This document shows positions 28,711 to 38,086 of a stretch of 64,000 nucleotides of DNA, piece by piece (position 1 is the stretch's first letter; every line of letters starts with the position of its first letter). The notes below the pieces were generated by a model. That model saw only the letters and a list, made by a program, of their open reading frames with translations, searched no databases and was not told where the DNA came from. This stretch comes from an uncultured Thermoplasmata archaeon (GTDB lineage: Archaea; Thermoplasmatota; DTKX01; GCA-020343715). Location: assembly GCA_964353355.1 (NCBI GenBank), contig CAYGVT010000032.1:161-64160 (forward strand). Direction: 5' to 3'. The position numbers were made by a program, and so were the translations under genes.

Positions 28711-30429
28711 GTGCAAAGGCCCGGGGACCCACCTTTGGGAGGCGGGAGAACGAACCAGGTTGACGTCAAGAGGTACTACGAGACATACCTCGAACGGTAC
28801 CAGAAGATGGTCGACACGAGCTATCATGCCAGCTCCACGCTCCTCGAGTTCTACCACGGGCAGCCCGCATCAGTCGACACGTACCTCATGCCGAACGACG
28901 CCGCCGTGGGCATCGTGAAGTACAACGCGGGCTCGCAGAAGGTCAACGTCTACGCGGGCAGGTACGACCAAATCGAGACCGAGATGAGGGCGCGGTCGTA
29001 CGACTTCATGCTCCCAATCCTGCCGTCCCAGCCGACGAGCGACGCCGAGATCGACTCGACGGCCAAGCTGCAGATAGAGTCGAGGCTCAACCAGGTGAGC
29101 TTCTCCCAGCCCATGAAGGACATCACCCTCGGCATCATCGCCATAGAGGGCCAGATATCCGAGATCAGCAAGACCAACCCGTGGCTCAGCAAGCAGTTCG
29201 GGGAGCTCACGCAGCTGCTCTCCGACGCGCGCAGGCGCGCGGAGGAGGTCTCGGGACAGGCTGATGGGCTGCGCGAGCGTCGCAAGTTCGAGGCGTTCGA
29301 GGAGATGGTGTCGTGGCTCGGCACCTACGACCCGGCGAAGGCGGCGTTGCACCTGGAATCCGTCGACACGGAGAGCGTGCGCACGTTCCTCACCGAGTTC
29401 ATCAGGTCCTACAGGGCGACCATCGACGCCAAGAGCCTCGGGAAGGAGTCATACCCGCCGTTCTACTCAGACTACCCCTACACGGTGGAGTACACCATAC
29501 TCCCCAACAAGAACGTCGCCGCGTTCTTCACCCGCGCGACCGAGGGGATGAGGCTCACCGAGCGGAACCAGGGGTTCAGGGAGCTCGACAAGGAGATGAC
29601 CTCCAAGGTCTACGACTACTACCTGGGGCTCCCGAACTGCACCAAGTTCGACAAGCCCGTCGCCGTGCGGCTCGCCCAGAGCCAGGCGCAGAGCGACCTG
29701 GAGCAGCACGAGCTTTACCTGGCCCTCGAGGAGCAGTCGCAGAGACTAAAGGGCATCGAGAACCAGATAATCAAGATCAAGAAGTCGAACCCGTGGCTCG
29801 AGGGGCAGCTCAGCGGGCTCCTGCGCACGCTGGAGACGTGCAACAAGCCCATCTCTGGTCTCCGCGCGCGGCTCGAGAAGAGCCGGAAGTCGGGCATGGT
29901 CCTGCGCTCCGGCTTCAACTACTTCGATAGCCACATCTCCGTCTTCCCGACGCTGGGCGAGGGCTACGCGACCGCCGCACCGGTGCCGTCGCCTGGCATC
30001 CCCTACACCTACGCGGCCGAGCAGGTGCCCGAGTTCCAGGTGATGTCGCCAGCGGGCGAGTACGAGCTGCGCCCGCCCGGCGAGGCGGCGCTCATGGGCC
30101 CCGAGACCGTCATGGCCCCCGGCCCCTCCGCCGCCACCGCCGCGAGCTCGGAGGAGATCAACGAGCTCAAGGCGATGCTCTACACATTCGAGCGAAAGCT
30201 CGCGGACTACGACAAGCGGCTGCACTACATCGACAAGTACACCGAGATGATACAGCGGCAGCAGAACAAGAAGTTCAAGGCGCAGAAGGACCTCGTGGTG
30301 CTCGAGTCCCGGAAGGGGAGGTGGACCGCATACGGCGTCGCCATCGGCGCGCTCGTCCTCTCCATCATCCTGCTGCTGGGGAACCTGGATAGCGTCCGGG
30401 ACCTGTTCTCCAAGCTTCTAGGGGGATAA
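28711..30429 (+). CDS. Hypothetical tail-anchored protein with a duplicated unknown domain and coiled coil
   Basis: Typical codon usage; internal repeat (TNPWL/SNPWL); heptad-like segment then C-terminal TM. Start uncertain (GTG 28711, TTG 28735 or ACG 28750). Confidence 0.8.
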   Translation: MQRPGDPPLGGGRTNQVDVKRYYETYLERYQKMVDTSYHASSTLLEFYHGQPASVDTYLMPNDAAVGIVKYNAGSQKVNVYAGRYDQIETEMRARSYDFMLPILPSQPTSDAEIDSTAKLQIESRLNQVSFSQPMKDITLGIIAIEGQISEISKTNPWLSKQFGELTQLLSDARRRAEEVSGQADGLRERRKFEAFEEMVSWLGTYDPAKAALHLESVDTESVRTFLTEFIRSYRATIDAKSLGKESYPPFYSDYPYTVEYTILPNKNVAAFFTRATEGMRLTERNQGFRELDKEMTSKVYDYYLGLPNCTKFDKPVAVRLAQSQAQSDLEQHELYLALEEQSQRLKGIENQIIKIKKSNPWLEGQLSGLLRTLETCNKPISGLRARLEKSRKSGMVLRSGFNYFDSHISVFPTLGEGYATAAPVPSPGIPYTYAAEQVPEFQVMSPAGEYELRPPGEAALMGPETVMAPGPSAATAASSEEINELKAMLYTFERKLADYDKRLHYIDKYTEMIQRQQNKKFKAQKDLVVLESRKGRWTAYGVAIGALVLSIILLLGNLDSVRDLFSKLLGG

Positions 30430-30464
30430 GCCCAGCATCCCGCGCGCGCGGTCCGTGGGCGCGC

Positions 30465-31481
30465 TCAAGCCCCTCGTGCGAGCCGCTGCTCGACCGCGTG
30501 GGCGAAACCTTTCGTGCCGTGACGCCCGCCCGCATCGCGCGTCGCGATGCCGGCCCGGAGCGTCGCCACCACCGCCGCCTCGAGGCGCCCCGCCTCGTCC
30601 CCGTGGCCCAGGTAGTCGAGCATCATCGCAGCCGACAGGATGGCCGCCGTGGGGTTCGCGATGCCCCTCCCCGCGATGCCGGGCGCGGTGCCATGCACGG
30701 GCTCGAACAGGGCATGCCCCTCGCCGATGTTGGCCGATGGGGCGAAGCCCAAGCCGCCAATGAGACCGGCCGCGAGGTCGGAGAGGATGTCCCCGAAGAG
30801 GTTGGTCGTGACGATGACGTCGAGCGAGGCCGGGTCGACGACCATGCGTTCCGCCGCGGCGTCCACGTGCATGTCGTCGACGACGATGCGATCCGATGCG
30901 GAGGCCGCGGCCTCGCGGAAGAGCTCGAGGAACAGTCCGTCGGAGAGACGCAGCACGTTGGCCTTGTGCACGCAAGTGACCCGTCCGCGGCCGTGCTTCG
31001 CCGCCCAGTCGAGGGCGAAGGCGTGGATGCGACCGCTCGCGAGCCTCGTGACGAGCCTCTCGGCGACCACCCCGCCCTCGATTTCGTGCTCGCGGCAGCA
31101 GTAGAGCCCCTCGGTGTTCTCACGCACGATGACGACATCGAGCCGCTTCGGCGGGCGCAGCGCGCTCAGCCGCGGGACGAGGGGACGGGCGGGCCGCACG
31201 TTCGCGAAGAGCCCCAGCTCCCTGCGCAGCGTCAGCACGGGCGAGCGGTACCGCACGCTGGGCGGCGGGCTCCCGACCGCACCGTAGAGGACGGCGTCGG
31301 ACCCCCTGGCCAGGGCGACAACCTCATCGGTGATGTGCTTGCCGTGCGCCTCGAACGATGCTCTCCCGACGTCCCCATGGACGAACTCGAGGTCGACGTC
31401 GAGGGCGCCGATGACCTCGAGGGCGGCGGTGACGACCTCCCGGCCCGCACCCTCACCCGGCAGCACGAGGACCCGCTTCAT
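30465..31481 (-). CDS. Isocitrate/isopropylmalate dehydrogenase family protein (homoisocitrate dehydrogenase-like)
   Basis: LPGEGAG, GAVGSP..YRSPVLTLRRELGLFANVRP, VRENTEGLY, VHKANVL, NLFGDILSDL, FEPVHGTAP. Confidence 0.9.
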   Translation of the reverse strand: MKRVLVLPGEGAGREVVTAALEVIGALDVDLEFVHGDVGRASFEAHGKHITDEVVALARGSDAVLYGAVGSPPPSVRYRSPVLTLRRELGLFANVRPARPLVPRLSALRPPKRLDVVIVRENTEGLYCCREHEIEGGVVAERLVTRLASGRIHAFALDWAAKHGRGRVTCVHKANVLRLSDGLFLELFREAAASASDRIVVDDMHVDAAAERMVVDPASLDVIVTTNLFGDILSDLAAGLIGGLGFAPSANIGEGHALFEPVHGTAPGIAGRGIANPTAAILSAAMMLDYLGHGDEAGRLEAAVVATLRAGIATRDAGGRHGTKGFAHAVEQRLARGA

Positions 31482-31499
31482 CGAACCCCACCCCACGCC

Positions 31500-32222
31500 T
31501 CACGCCCGCGGCCGTCGGCGGCCCTTTCCGTCGGGGATGACGATGGTGCCCTCGAAGGAGCGACCCGCGAGCGCCGCCCTCACCTGCGCGATGTCGCGCC
31601 CGTCCAGGACCTTCGTCGGGATGCGGCTTCGCTGGATGATGCGGGCGGCCATCGGGTCAACGACCCCGGGCGAGCCCGCGGCGGCGGACTGCGCGCCGAC
31701 GATCCCGACGAGCTGGGAGGCCGTGATGCGCGGAAGCCTCCTCGCGGACGGGTCCTTCTTGGGGTCATCGGTGTAGACGCCGTCGACGTTGGTGAGGATG
31801 ACGACCTCGGCCGCCCTCGAGACCTCGCCGAGCATGGCCGTCACGGCGTCCGTCGTGTGCCCGGGGTGCGTACCCCCCATCACCACGATGGGGAAGCTCC
31901 TTGCGGCCGTGATCGCCTCCTCGAAGGACCTCGGCACGTCGTGGTAGGCGGCCTCCCCCAGCGCGGCTATGACGAGCCTCGCGTTGAGCCGCGTGGAGTC
32001 GATGCCCACCCAGTCCAGGAAGCCCTCGTCGGCCCCGAGCTCGCGACAGGCCTCGATATAGCGGCGCGAGAGGCGTCCGCCCCCCACCACGACGAGGACG
32101 GTGCGCCTCCGGCTGGCCGCGACGAGTGTGCGGGCGATGCCCCTCAGGAGCGTCGTGTCGAGGTCCTCAGGCGCGACTATGGATCCACCGACCGAAATGG
32201 CCACCCTAGGGCGAGTTTTCAT
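31500..32222 (-). CDS. pyrH: UMP kinase (archaeal type)
   Basis: SVGGS, VVGGG, GIDSTRLNA, MGGTHPGHTTDAV, TNVDGVYTDDP. Confidence 0.95.
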   Translation of the reverse strand: MKTRPRVAISVGGSIVAPEDLDTTLLRGIARTLVAASRRRTVLVVVGGGRLSRRYIEACRELGADEGFLDWVGIDSTRLNARLVIAALGEAAYHDVPRSFEEAITAARSFPIVVMGGTHPGHTTDAVTAMLGEVSRAAEVVILTNVDGVYTDDPKKDPSARRLPRITASQLVGIVGAQSAAAGSPGVVDPMAARIIQRSRIPTKVLDGRDIAQVRAALAGRSFEGTIVIPDGKGRRRPRA

Positions 32223-32270
32223 CCAATCGACCCAAAGGTTAATCAATGGGGCCATTTTTATGGGTTTCGA
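32223..32270. promoter_or_regulatory. 48-bp divergent promoter between pyrH and aRF1 (likely leaderless transcripts)
   Basis: AT-rich 'aaaggttaat' about 28 nt before the aRF1 ATG; 'cataaaaat' on the minus strand about 30 nt before the pyrH ATG; no clear RBS. Confidence 0.55.
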
Positions 32271-33515
32271 ATGGCACCGCAGGCGACGCCAGAGCAGCAG
32301 CTTGCGCGGTACGAGTTCAAGAAAACGCTCGATGAGCTGCGCGGCATCAAGGGTCGGGGGACGGAGCTGGTCACGCTCTACGTCCCCACCGGCAAGAACA
32401 TCGGTGAGGTCACCGGCTACCTGCGAAACGAGTACGCACAGGCGCAGAACATCAAGGGGAGGACAACGCGCAAGGCGGTCATGTGGTCCCTCGAGTCGCT
32501 GCTCAACCGCCTCAAGGGCTACAAGGTCCCCCCGCCGAACGGGCTTGCCCTGTTCGTGGGCCACATGGACGTGGGTAAGGACGTGTCGGTGCCGGTGGCC
32601 TACCAGTTCGAGCCCCCGATGCCGCTCAAGGTGTCCGCCTACCGGTGCGACTCCTCGTTCTGGCTGGAGCCGCTGGAGGCCATGCTCGTCGAGCATGACG
32701 TCTACGGGCTCATCGTCATCGACCGGTCCGAGGCCACATTGGGATGGCTGAAGGGCAGGACCATCGAGGTCGTCGCGAACGAGCAGTCCCTGGTCCCGAG
32801 CAAGCACGGCCGCGGCGGCCAGTCGCAGCGCAGGTTCGAGCGCCTCATCGAGCAGGCCGCGCACGAGTGGTTCAAGAAGATCGGGGACATGGCCAACGAC
32901 GTCTTCCTCACCAACCCCGAGCTCAAGGGCCTGCTCATCGGCGGTCCCGGCTACACCAAGGAGTACTTCTCGCAGCAGGACTACCTCCATCACGAGCTGC
33001 GCAAGAAGATACTGCAGACCTACGACACGGGCTACACGGACGAGTTCGGGCTCCGGGAGCTGCTGCAGAACGCTCAAGGGACCCTCGTGGAGCTAGACCT
33101 GATGAGGGAGAAGAAGCTCATCGACAAGCTCCTCTCGGAGATACGCAAGGAGGGCGGCGGTCTGTCGGCCTACGGCGAGGACATGGTGAGGCGCGCGCTC
33201 ACGATGGGCGCCGTGGAGACGCTCCTCGTCTCCGAGGGATATGGCAAGGACCGCCTCGAGCTCAAGTGCGAATCGTGCGGAGCCCAGAAGGAGGCCACGG
33301 TCGAGGGCGGGACGGACGCAGTCGACTACGTCTGCCCGTCCTGCGGGCATGTGATGGTGCTCGTCGGGAGAAGGGACATCGTCAAGGAGCTGAACGAGAT
33401 CGCGGCCAAGTACGGCACGTCGATAGAGCTCATCTCGGTGGACTCGGACGAGGGCAAGGTCCTCCTCACCGCCTTTGGGGGCATCGCGGGCATCCTGAGG
33501 TACAGGATCGGGTGA
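32271..33515 (+). CDS. prf1: Peptide chain release factor aRF1
   Basis: GRGTELVTL, NIKG, YRCDSSF, KHGRGGQSQRRFER, C-domain CxxC...CxxC, AFGGIAGILRY. Confidence 0.97.
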   Translation: MAPQATPEQQLARYEFKKTLDELRGIKGRGTELVTLYVPTGKNIGEVTGYLRNEYAQAQNIKGRTTRKAVMWSLESLLNRLKGYKVPPPNGLALFVGHMDVGKDVSVPVAYQFEPPMPLKVSAYRCDSSFWLEPLEAMLVEHDVYGLIVIDRSEATLGWLKGRTIEVVANEQSLVPSKHGRGGQSQRRFERLIEQAAHEWFKKIGDMANDVFLTNPELKGLLIGGPGYTKEYFSQQDYLHHELRKKILQTYDTGYTDEFGLRELLQNAQGTLVELDLMREKKLIDKLLSEIRKEGGGLSAYGEDMVRRALTMGAVETLLVSEGYGKDRLELKCESCGAQKEATVEGGTDAVDYVCPSCGHVMVLVGRRDIVKELNEIAAKYGTSIELISVDSDEGKVLLTAFGGIAGILRYRIG

Positions 33516-33718
33516 CGCATGGGCCCCACCGACGGGCTTGGATAGCCGGGTGGCGGCCCGGGACCCCTCCGGAGGGACACTCCACAATGATAGGCTTTGT
33601 CATGGTGCGTGGTGACAGTTGTCAGGCGGCCAGCATGCGCGCGCATGCATGTTTTTCTTTGCCTGGCCGTTCAACCAAATCAAAACACTTATATAACGAG
33701 GTTCACTTACGGAGAGAG

Positions 33719-36700
33719 ATGGCTGAGAGCATGGGCGAGAAGGGACTCCTAAGGATAATGCTAGCGCTAGCCTGCCTTCTCGTGTTGGTCTCTATCGTGG
33801 CGTACGCCGACAGCGTCGCGGGAGAGGACCGATCGGGCATCCAGGGTGTACAACCGCCGTTCTACGGTGACTGGTTCATCACGAGCGACACAAATGTGAC
33901 GGGGGAGAACCTCTCCTTCGCCAAGAACATCTACGTCGCCTCCCGCATCAACCTGGTCATCCGCGACTCGACGATAGGCATACAGTACGACCCTGAGAAT
34001 CCGCACCAGTTCGTCTTCAGGATTGACACGGCCGCGGTGGTCACGGTCATCAACTCGACGCTGCATCTCGACACCTTCGCCGCGTACGGCCAGGCGGCGC
34101 TCACGTTCCAGAACGGCTCCCACGTGACGACCACGGGTCGGTTCCTGGCCCAGTGCTCCGCCATCTTCGCGTACGATACCACGTTCTCGAACGTCTGCCC
34201 GCAGGGCGCCATCGCCCCAGACCAGCGGGGCGAGGACGCGATCTTCATCCTCGACGGGCGCGTCAACTCCGAGCTCATCAATGTGACCGTCCTCAACAAG
34301 GCCAGCAACGCGGGCACAACCTCGCCTGCCATGGACGGCGCCTCAGGCGGTCTTTCGCAAATCATCTCCAATTGCTCCATCTGGATAAGGTGCGAGATCC
34401 AGGCCATCGCAGGTGGGTCAACAGACGGCGGTCTGGGCCTCGCGGGCGCGTCCGGCGGCAATGGCGGCATCGGTGGCGACGCCGAGCTGCTGCTCGTGTC
34501 CAACACGTTCGACCGGACGAACATCACGGTCACCGCCTCCAACGGCGGGACCGGCGCGCGCGGCGCCGACAACACCGCAGGCACCGCCGGCGACGGCGGC
34601 AACGGCGCGGCCGGGGGCAACTCGAGGGTGAGCATCTACAGCCCATCCACCCTGGAGTTCTTCGGCTGCGTCGTGAGGTCGAAGTCCGGCAACGGCGGGT
34701 CCGGAGGCAACGGAGGGAGCGCCAGGAACGGCGACGGCGGCACCGCGGGCGATGGCGCGAACGCGGGCATCGCGACCATCGAGATCTACAGCGTCGACGA
34801 CATGACCATCGAGGAGACGACCATCACCTGCACGGGCGGCGACGGCGGCTACGGCGGCGACTTCGGCCGCAAGGAGGGCACCGCCGGCGATATAGGCATC
34901 CCCAAGCCAGGCGGTGACGGTGGCGCTGCCATGCTCACGATAACTGGTGACGTCAACCTGTACATCAACAAGGCCACCATGATGGCGAAGGGGGGCGCGG
35001 GCTACGACGGCGGCTCCGGCTACGACCAGGGCGAGACCGGTGGCGACGGCGCCGACGCCATCGTAAAAGTCAGGGTCGAGGCCAGCATCGAGGCCGAGGA
35101 CCTTATCATCTCGGCGCAGGGCGGCGAGGGCGGTGACGGCGGCTTGGCCGTCTCCCTCATCAACGGGAACGGCGGCGACGGCGGCGACGCCAAGCTCGAG
35201 TTCAGCGGTCTGCTGGATATGTACCTCAACCGGTTCAGCATCTACACATACATCGGGCCCGGCGGCAAGGGCAACACGGTCATTTGGAACGGCGCCGATG
35301 GCATCGCCACCTTCGACCTCGAGACCCAGGCCCTCGAGATGTGGGACGGTGCGTTCAACCAGCCCCTCGACGACCTAGCGGGCGACGCCAAGGGTTACTT
35401 GTACAACTGCACTGCCGACTTCTCCGGGCTGCCGGCGCTCCCGCAGGAGAACGCCGATGTCTGGACCTTCTACCCCGTGGACATCTGGGTCGTCGACAGC
35501 TACGACCCGGCGACGAGGAAGCCCCACAAGGACTACGAGGTGCGGATCATCGACGCCAAGACGAACATGGTCGTCGCCATCAGGAAGTCGGACGAGGGCG
35601 GCCGCACGAACGTGTACCTGCCCGCGTTCCACTACACCTCCCAGGAGGTCATCTACGTCGGGGGCTACATCATCTCGGCCATCTCTCCGGACGGCAAGAA
35701 CATCAAGGAGGTCCGGCTCGATGTCCAGAACGCCATCCTCTGGCCCGACCCGTTCATCGTGGTCGTCCCCATCAACACCCATCCACCGGTCATCTTCGTC
35801 GAGTCCCCCGAGGAGGAGCGCAGCTACACCTTCTCCCCCAGCGCAACCATCATCGAGGCCTTCGGCAGCGTCACCGACCCTGACGAGAGCCCCATCACCA
35901 GCATGTACGTGCGGCTGTTCCCCGAGAACGACGACAGCAACAACTGGCCGCGCGTGAAGCTCACCCTGAGCCCGGTGCCCTACGAGAGGGTGACCGAGCC
36001 CGAGTACAAGTGGGGCAAGTACTTCGAGCCCTCCGAGAACCAGAACAAGTGGAGGTACTTCTTCCAGTTCACCATCATCGGGGGCGACGTGCTCTACAAG
36101 TCCGACGCCTACGTTTTCGAGTGCGGTGCCTACGACGGCGCCCAGTGGGGGACCAAGCGGGTGCCCATCGACATCAAGATCACGCCCCCTGTGCCCAAGC
36201 CGCCACCCAGGCCGTGGGCGACCGTCGCGGCTACGGTCGAGTCGCTCAGCCTCGCTGAGTTCAACGGCTCCGTGATGAACCTCGAGGAGCTCAAGGAGTT
36301 CGGCGTCGAGATCAAGTTCTACGCTTGGGACTTCACGGGCGATAGCGTCCTGGACTGGTACAGCACGAAGGACGGGGCGACGTTCTATATCTACGAAGAT
36401 GTCAAGCTGCAGACCAGCCAGACAGTCACCTTCTCCGTGGTGGACACCCTGGGACGGCAGATCAACGTCACCAAGCAGTTCTCAATCGTTCCAAGACCGA
36501 TCGTAGAGAAGACGTTCATCGATTGGTTCTATTCCTACTTCCCCTTCATTATCGGTGCGGTGCTTGTCGTCCTCATCGTCTTCGGCATCCTGTCGGTGCG
36601 TGCCAGGCGCGAGCGCGAGGAGGAGCAGGAGGAGGAGCGCAAGCGCGTCGAGGAGGCGCTCTCGAACATCCACGAGTGCCCCCGATGCGGCACCCTCCTC

Positions 36701-38008
36701 GACACCAAGTTCGCGACGTGCGACAAGTGCAAGACGGAGGACATGCTGCTCGAGGTCCAGGAGATCGTCAGCACTCTGAAGGAGCAGGGCATCGTGGCCC
36801 TGGAGCAGGAGGACCTGCTCGACAAGGCCCTCATCTCGTTCGAGGGCCTCGACTACGACACCGCTCAGATGTTCATCACCCAGGCCAAGGACCAGGCCAA
36901 GACAAACAAGCAGCGGTTTGACGACACCGTCAAGGAGCTCCAGGGCATCGACGGCCTCATCAAGCGGCTCACGGACAAGGGCGTCGTCATCCCCGATGTG
37001 GAGATGCGCGTCTACCACTCCAAGCTCGCCCTGACCCGGTCCGACTTCAAGGGCGCGAAGGAGATCGCGGACACGCTCATGGCGGACGTCAAGCGCCTGG
37101 ACGCCGAGAACCGCAAGGACGACATCTTCGACGCCATCCAGAAGGCCGAGAGGGACGTCCGGACGGCCAAGGCGCTGGCCGAGAAGGACACCGCCCCCGC
37201 CAGCCGCGCCGTCGAGGCCGCCAAGGCCGAGTTCGGCAAGCAGGACTACGTATTGGCCGAGACCGAGCTGAAGCACGTCTACAAGATGCTCGAGGACCCG
37301 ACCTGGTCGCCCGAGAAGGACCGCATCGCCGCGGAGGAGCGCGCGAAGGTCCAGGCCGCCCTGAGGGCATCCGAGGCCGAGACGCAGCGCATCATGGAGG
37401 AGGAGCGCAAGCGCCAGGAGGCCCTGAGGGCCGTCTCGGTGGCCACCTCCGCAGAGGTCAAGGTCGCGACCTTCAAGGAGGAGGCGAAGCCCGCAGGGGA
37501 GCGCGTGGCCGCCCCCAAGAAGGGGAAGGTCGTCGAGCACGTGGCCGTCCACGAGCGTGTCGTGGAGGCGGCGGCGCCCGAGCCCGCGCAGCTCCAGATG
37601 CCCGCCCTGCATCTCGAGGCCAGGCCTGAGCAGGCCGCCCCCGAGGCCGAGCCCGAGGTGGTCGCACCGCCGCCCGCGCCCGAGCCCGTGAGGGCTGTCG
37701 AGGCCCCTGCCCCCAGGCCCGTCGTGGCGCCCAAACCGGTGGCAGTGGCCCATCCAGTGGCCGCACCGAAGCCAGTGATCGCGGCAAGGCCCGTCTCCAG
37801 GCCCGTGCCGAGGCTAACGCCGACCCCCGCCCCCACCCCCGCCCAAGTCCCCAAGGGCACCGAGAGAAAGGAGGCCGAGGAAGGGATGGCAACGCCCTCG
37901 GCGGCCCGGCCGACCGCCGCGACCGAGGTCAAGGTCCCCTGCAAGAAGTGCGGCCGCCAGATCAAGGCCACCTGGAAGAAGTGCCCCTTCTGCGGCGAGA
38001 CCCAGTAG
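33719..38008 (+). CDS. Giant single-pass membrane protein: Gly-rich (PGRS-like) ectodomain, PKD-like domain, TM, cytoplasmic Zn ribbons and helical repeats
   Basis: TATA 'cttatataa' 33688-33696; signal peptide; GGxGGxGG repeats; 'YAWDFTGD'; TM 'FIIGAVLVVLIVFGILSV'; CPRC..CDKC and terminal CKKC..CPFC. Confidence 0.82.
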   Translation: MAESMGEKGLLRIMLALACLLVLVSIVAYADSVAGEDRSGIQGVQPPFYGDWFITSDTNVTGENLSFAKNIYVASRINLVIRDSTIGIQYDPENPHQFVFRIDTAAVVTVINSTLHLDTFAAYGQAALTFQNGSHVTTTGRFLAQCSAIFAYDTTFSNVCPQGAIAPDQRGEDAIFILDGRVNSELINVTVLNKASNAGTTSPAMDGASGGLSQIISNCSIWIRCEIQAIAGGSTDGGLGLAGASGGNGGIGGDAELLLVSNTFDRTNITVTASNGGTGARGADNTAGTAGDGGNGAAGGNSRVSIYSPSTLEFFGCVVRSKSGNGGSGGNGGSARNGDGGTAGDGANAGIATIEIYSVDDMTIEETTITCTGGDGGYGGDFGRKEGTAGDIGIPKPGGDGGAAMLTITGDVNLYINKATMMAKGGAGYDGGSGYDQGETGGDGADAIVKVRVEASIEAEDLIISAQGGEGGDGGLAVSLINGNGGDGGDAKLEFSGLLDMYLNRFSIYTYIGPGGKGNTVIWNGADGIATFDLETQALEMWDGAFNQPLDDLAGDAKGYLYNCTADFSGLPALPQENADVWTFYPVDIWVVDSYDPATRKPHKDYEVRIIDAKTNMVVAIRKSDEGGRTNVYLPAFHYTSQEVIYVGGYIISAISPDGKNIKEVRLDVQNAILWPDPFIVVVPINTHPPVIFVESPEEERSYTFSPSATIIEAFGSVTDPDESPITSMYVRLFPENDDSNNWPRVKLTLSPVPYERVTEPEYKWGKYFEPSENQNKWRYFFQFTIIGGDVLYKSDAYVFECGAYDGAQWGTKRVPIDIKITPPVPKPPPRPWATVAATVESLSLAEFNGSVMNLEELKEFGVEIKFYAWDFTGDSVLDWYSTKDGATFYIYEDVKLQTSQTVTFSVVDTLGRQINVTKQFSIVPRPIVEKTFIDWFYSYFPFIIGAVLVVLIVFGILSVRARREREEEQEEERKRVEEALSNIHECPRCGTLLDTKFATCDKCKTEDMLLEVQEIVSTLKEQGIVALEQEDLLDKALISFEGLDYDTAQMFITQAKDQAKTNKQRFDDTVKELQGIDGLIKRLTDKGVVIPDVEMRVYHSKLALTRSDFKGAKEIADTLMADVKRLDAENRKDDIFDAIQKAERDVRTAKALAEKDTAPASRAVEAAKAEFGKQDYVLAETELKHVYKMLEDPTWSPEKDRIAAEERAKVQAALRASEAETQRIMEEERKRQEALRAVSVATSAEVKVATFKEEAKPAGERVAAPKKGKVVEHVAVHERVVEAAAPEPAQLQMPALHLEARPEQAAPEAEPEVVAPPPAPEPVRAVEAPAPRPVVAPKPVAVAHPVAAPKPVIAARPVSRPVPRLTPTPAPTPAQVPKGTERKEAEEGMATPSAARPTAATEVKVPCKKCGRQIKATWKKCPFCGETQ

Positions 38009-38086
38009 GACGTTTGGAACGCCCCGCGACGGGATGGAGCCTGGGCGGTGGGTCCCCGTCGATGACCTGGCTTGCCGGACGACTGT

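Noticed and set aside
30498..32270. 1005-aa ORF appearing to extend aRF1 at its N-terminus
   Set aside because: The extension is the antisense shadow of pyrH and the dehydrogenase; aRF1 homology starts at ATG 32271.
32744..33718. Frame of the giant surface protein is open back into aRF1 (possible frameshift fusion)
   Set aside because: Arg/Gly-rich shadow-frame sequence typical of high-GC DNA; the real gene has its own TATA and signal peptide at 33719.
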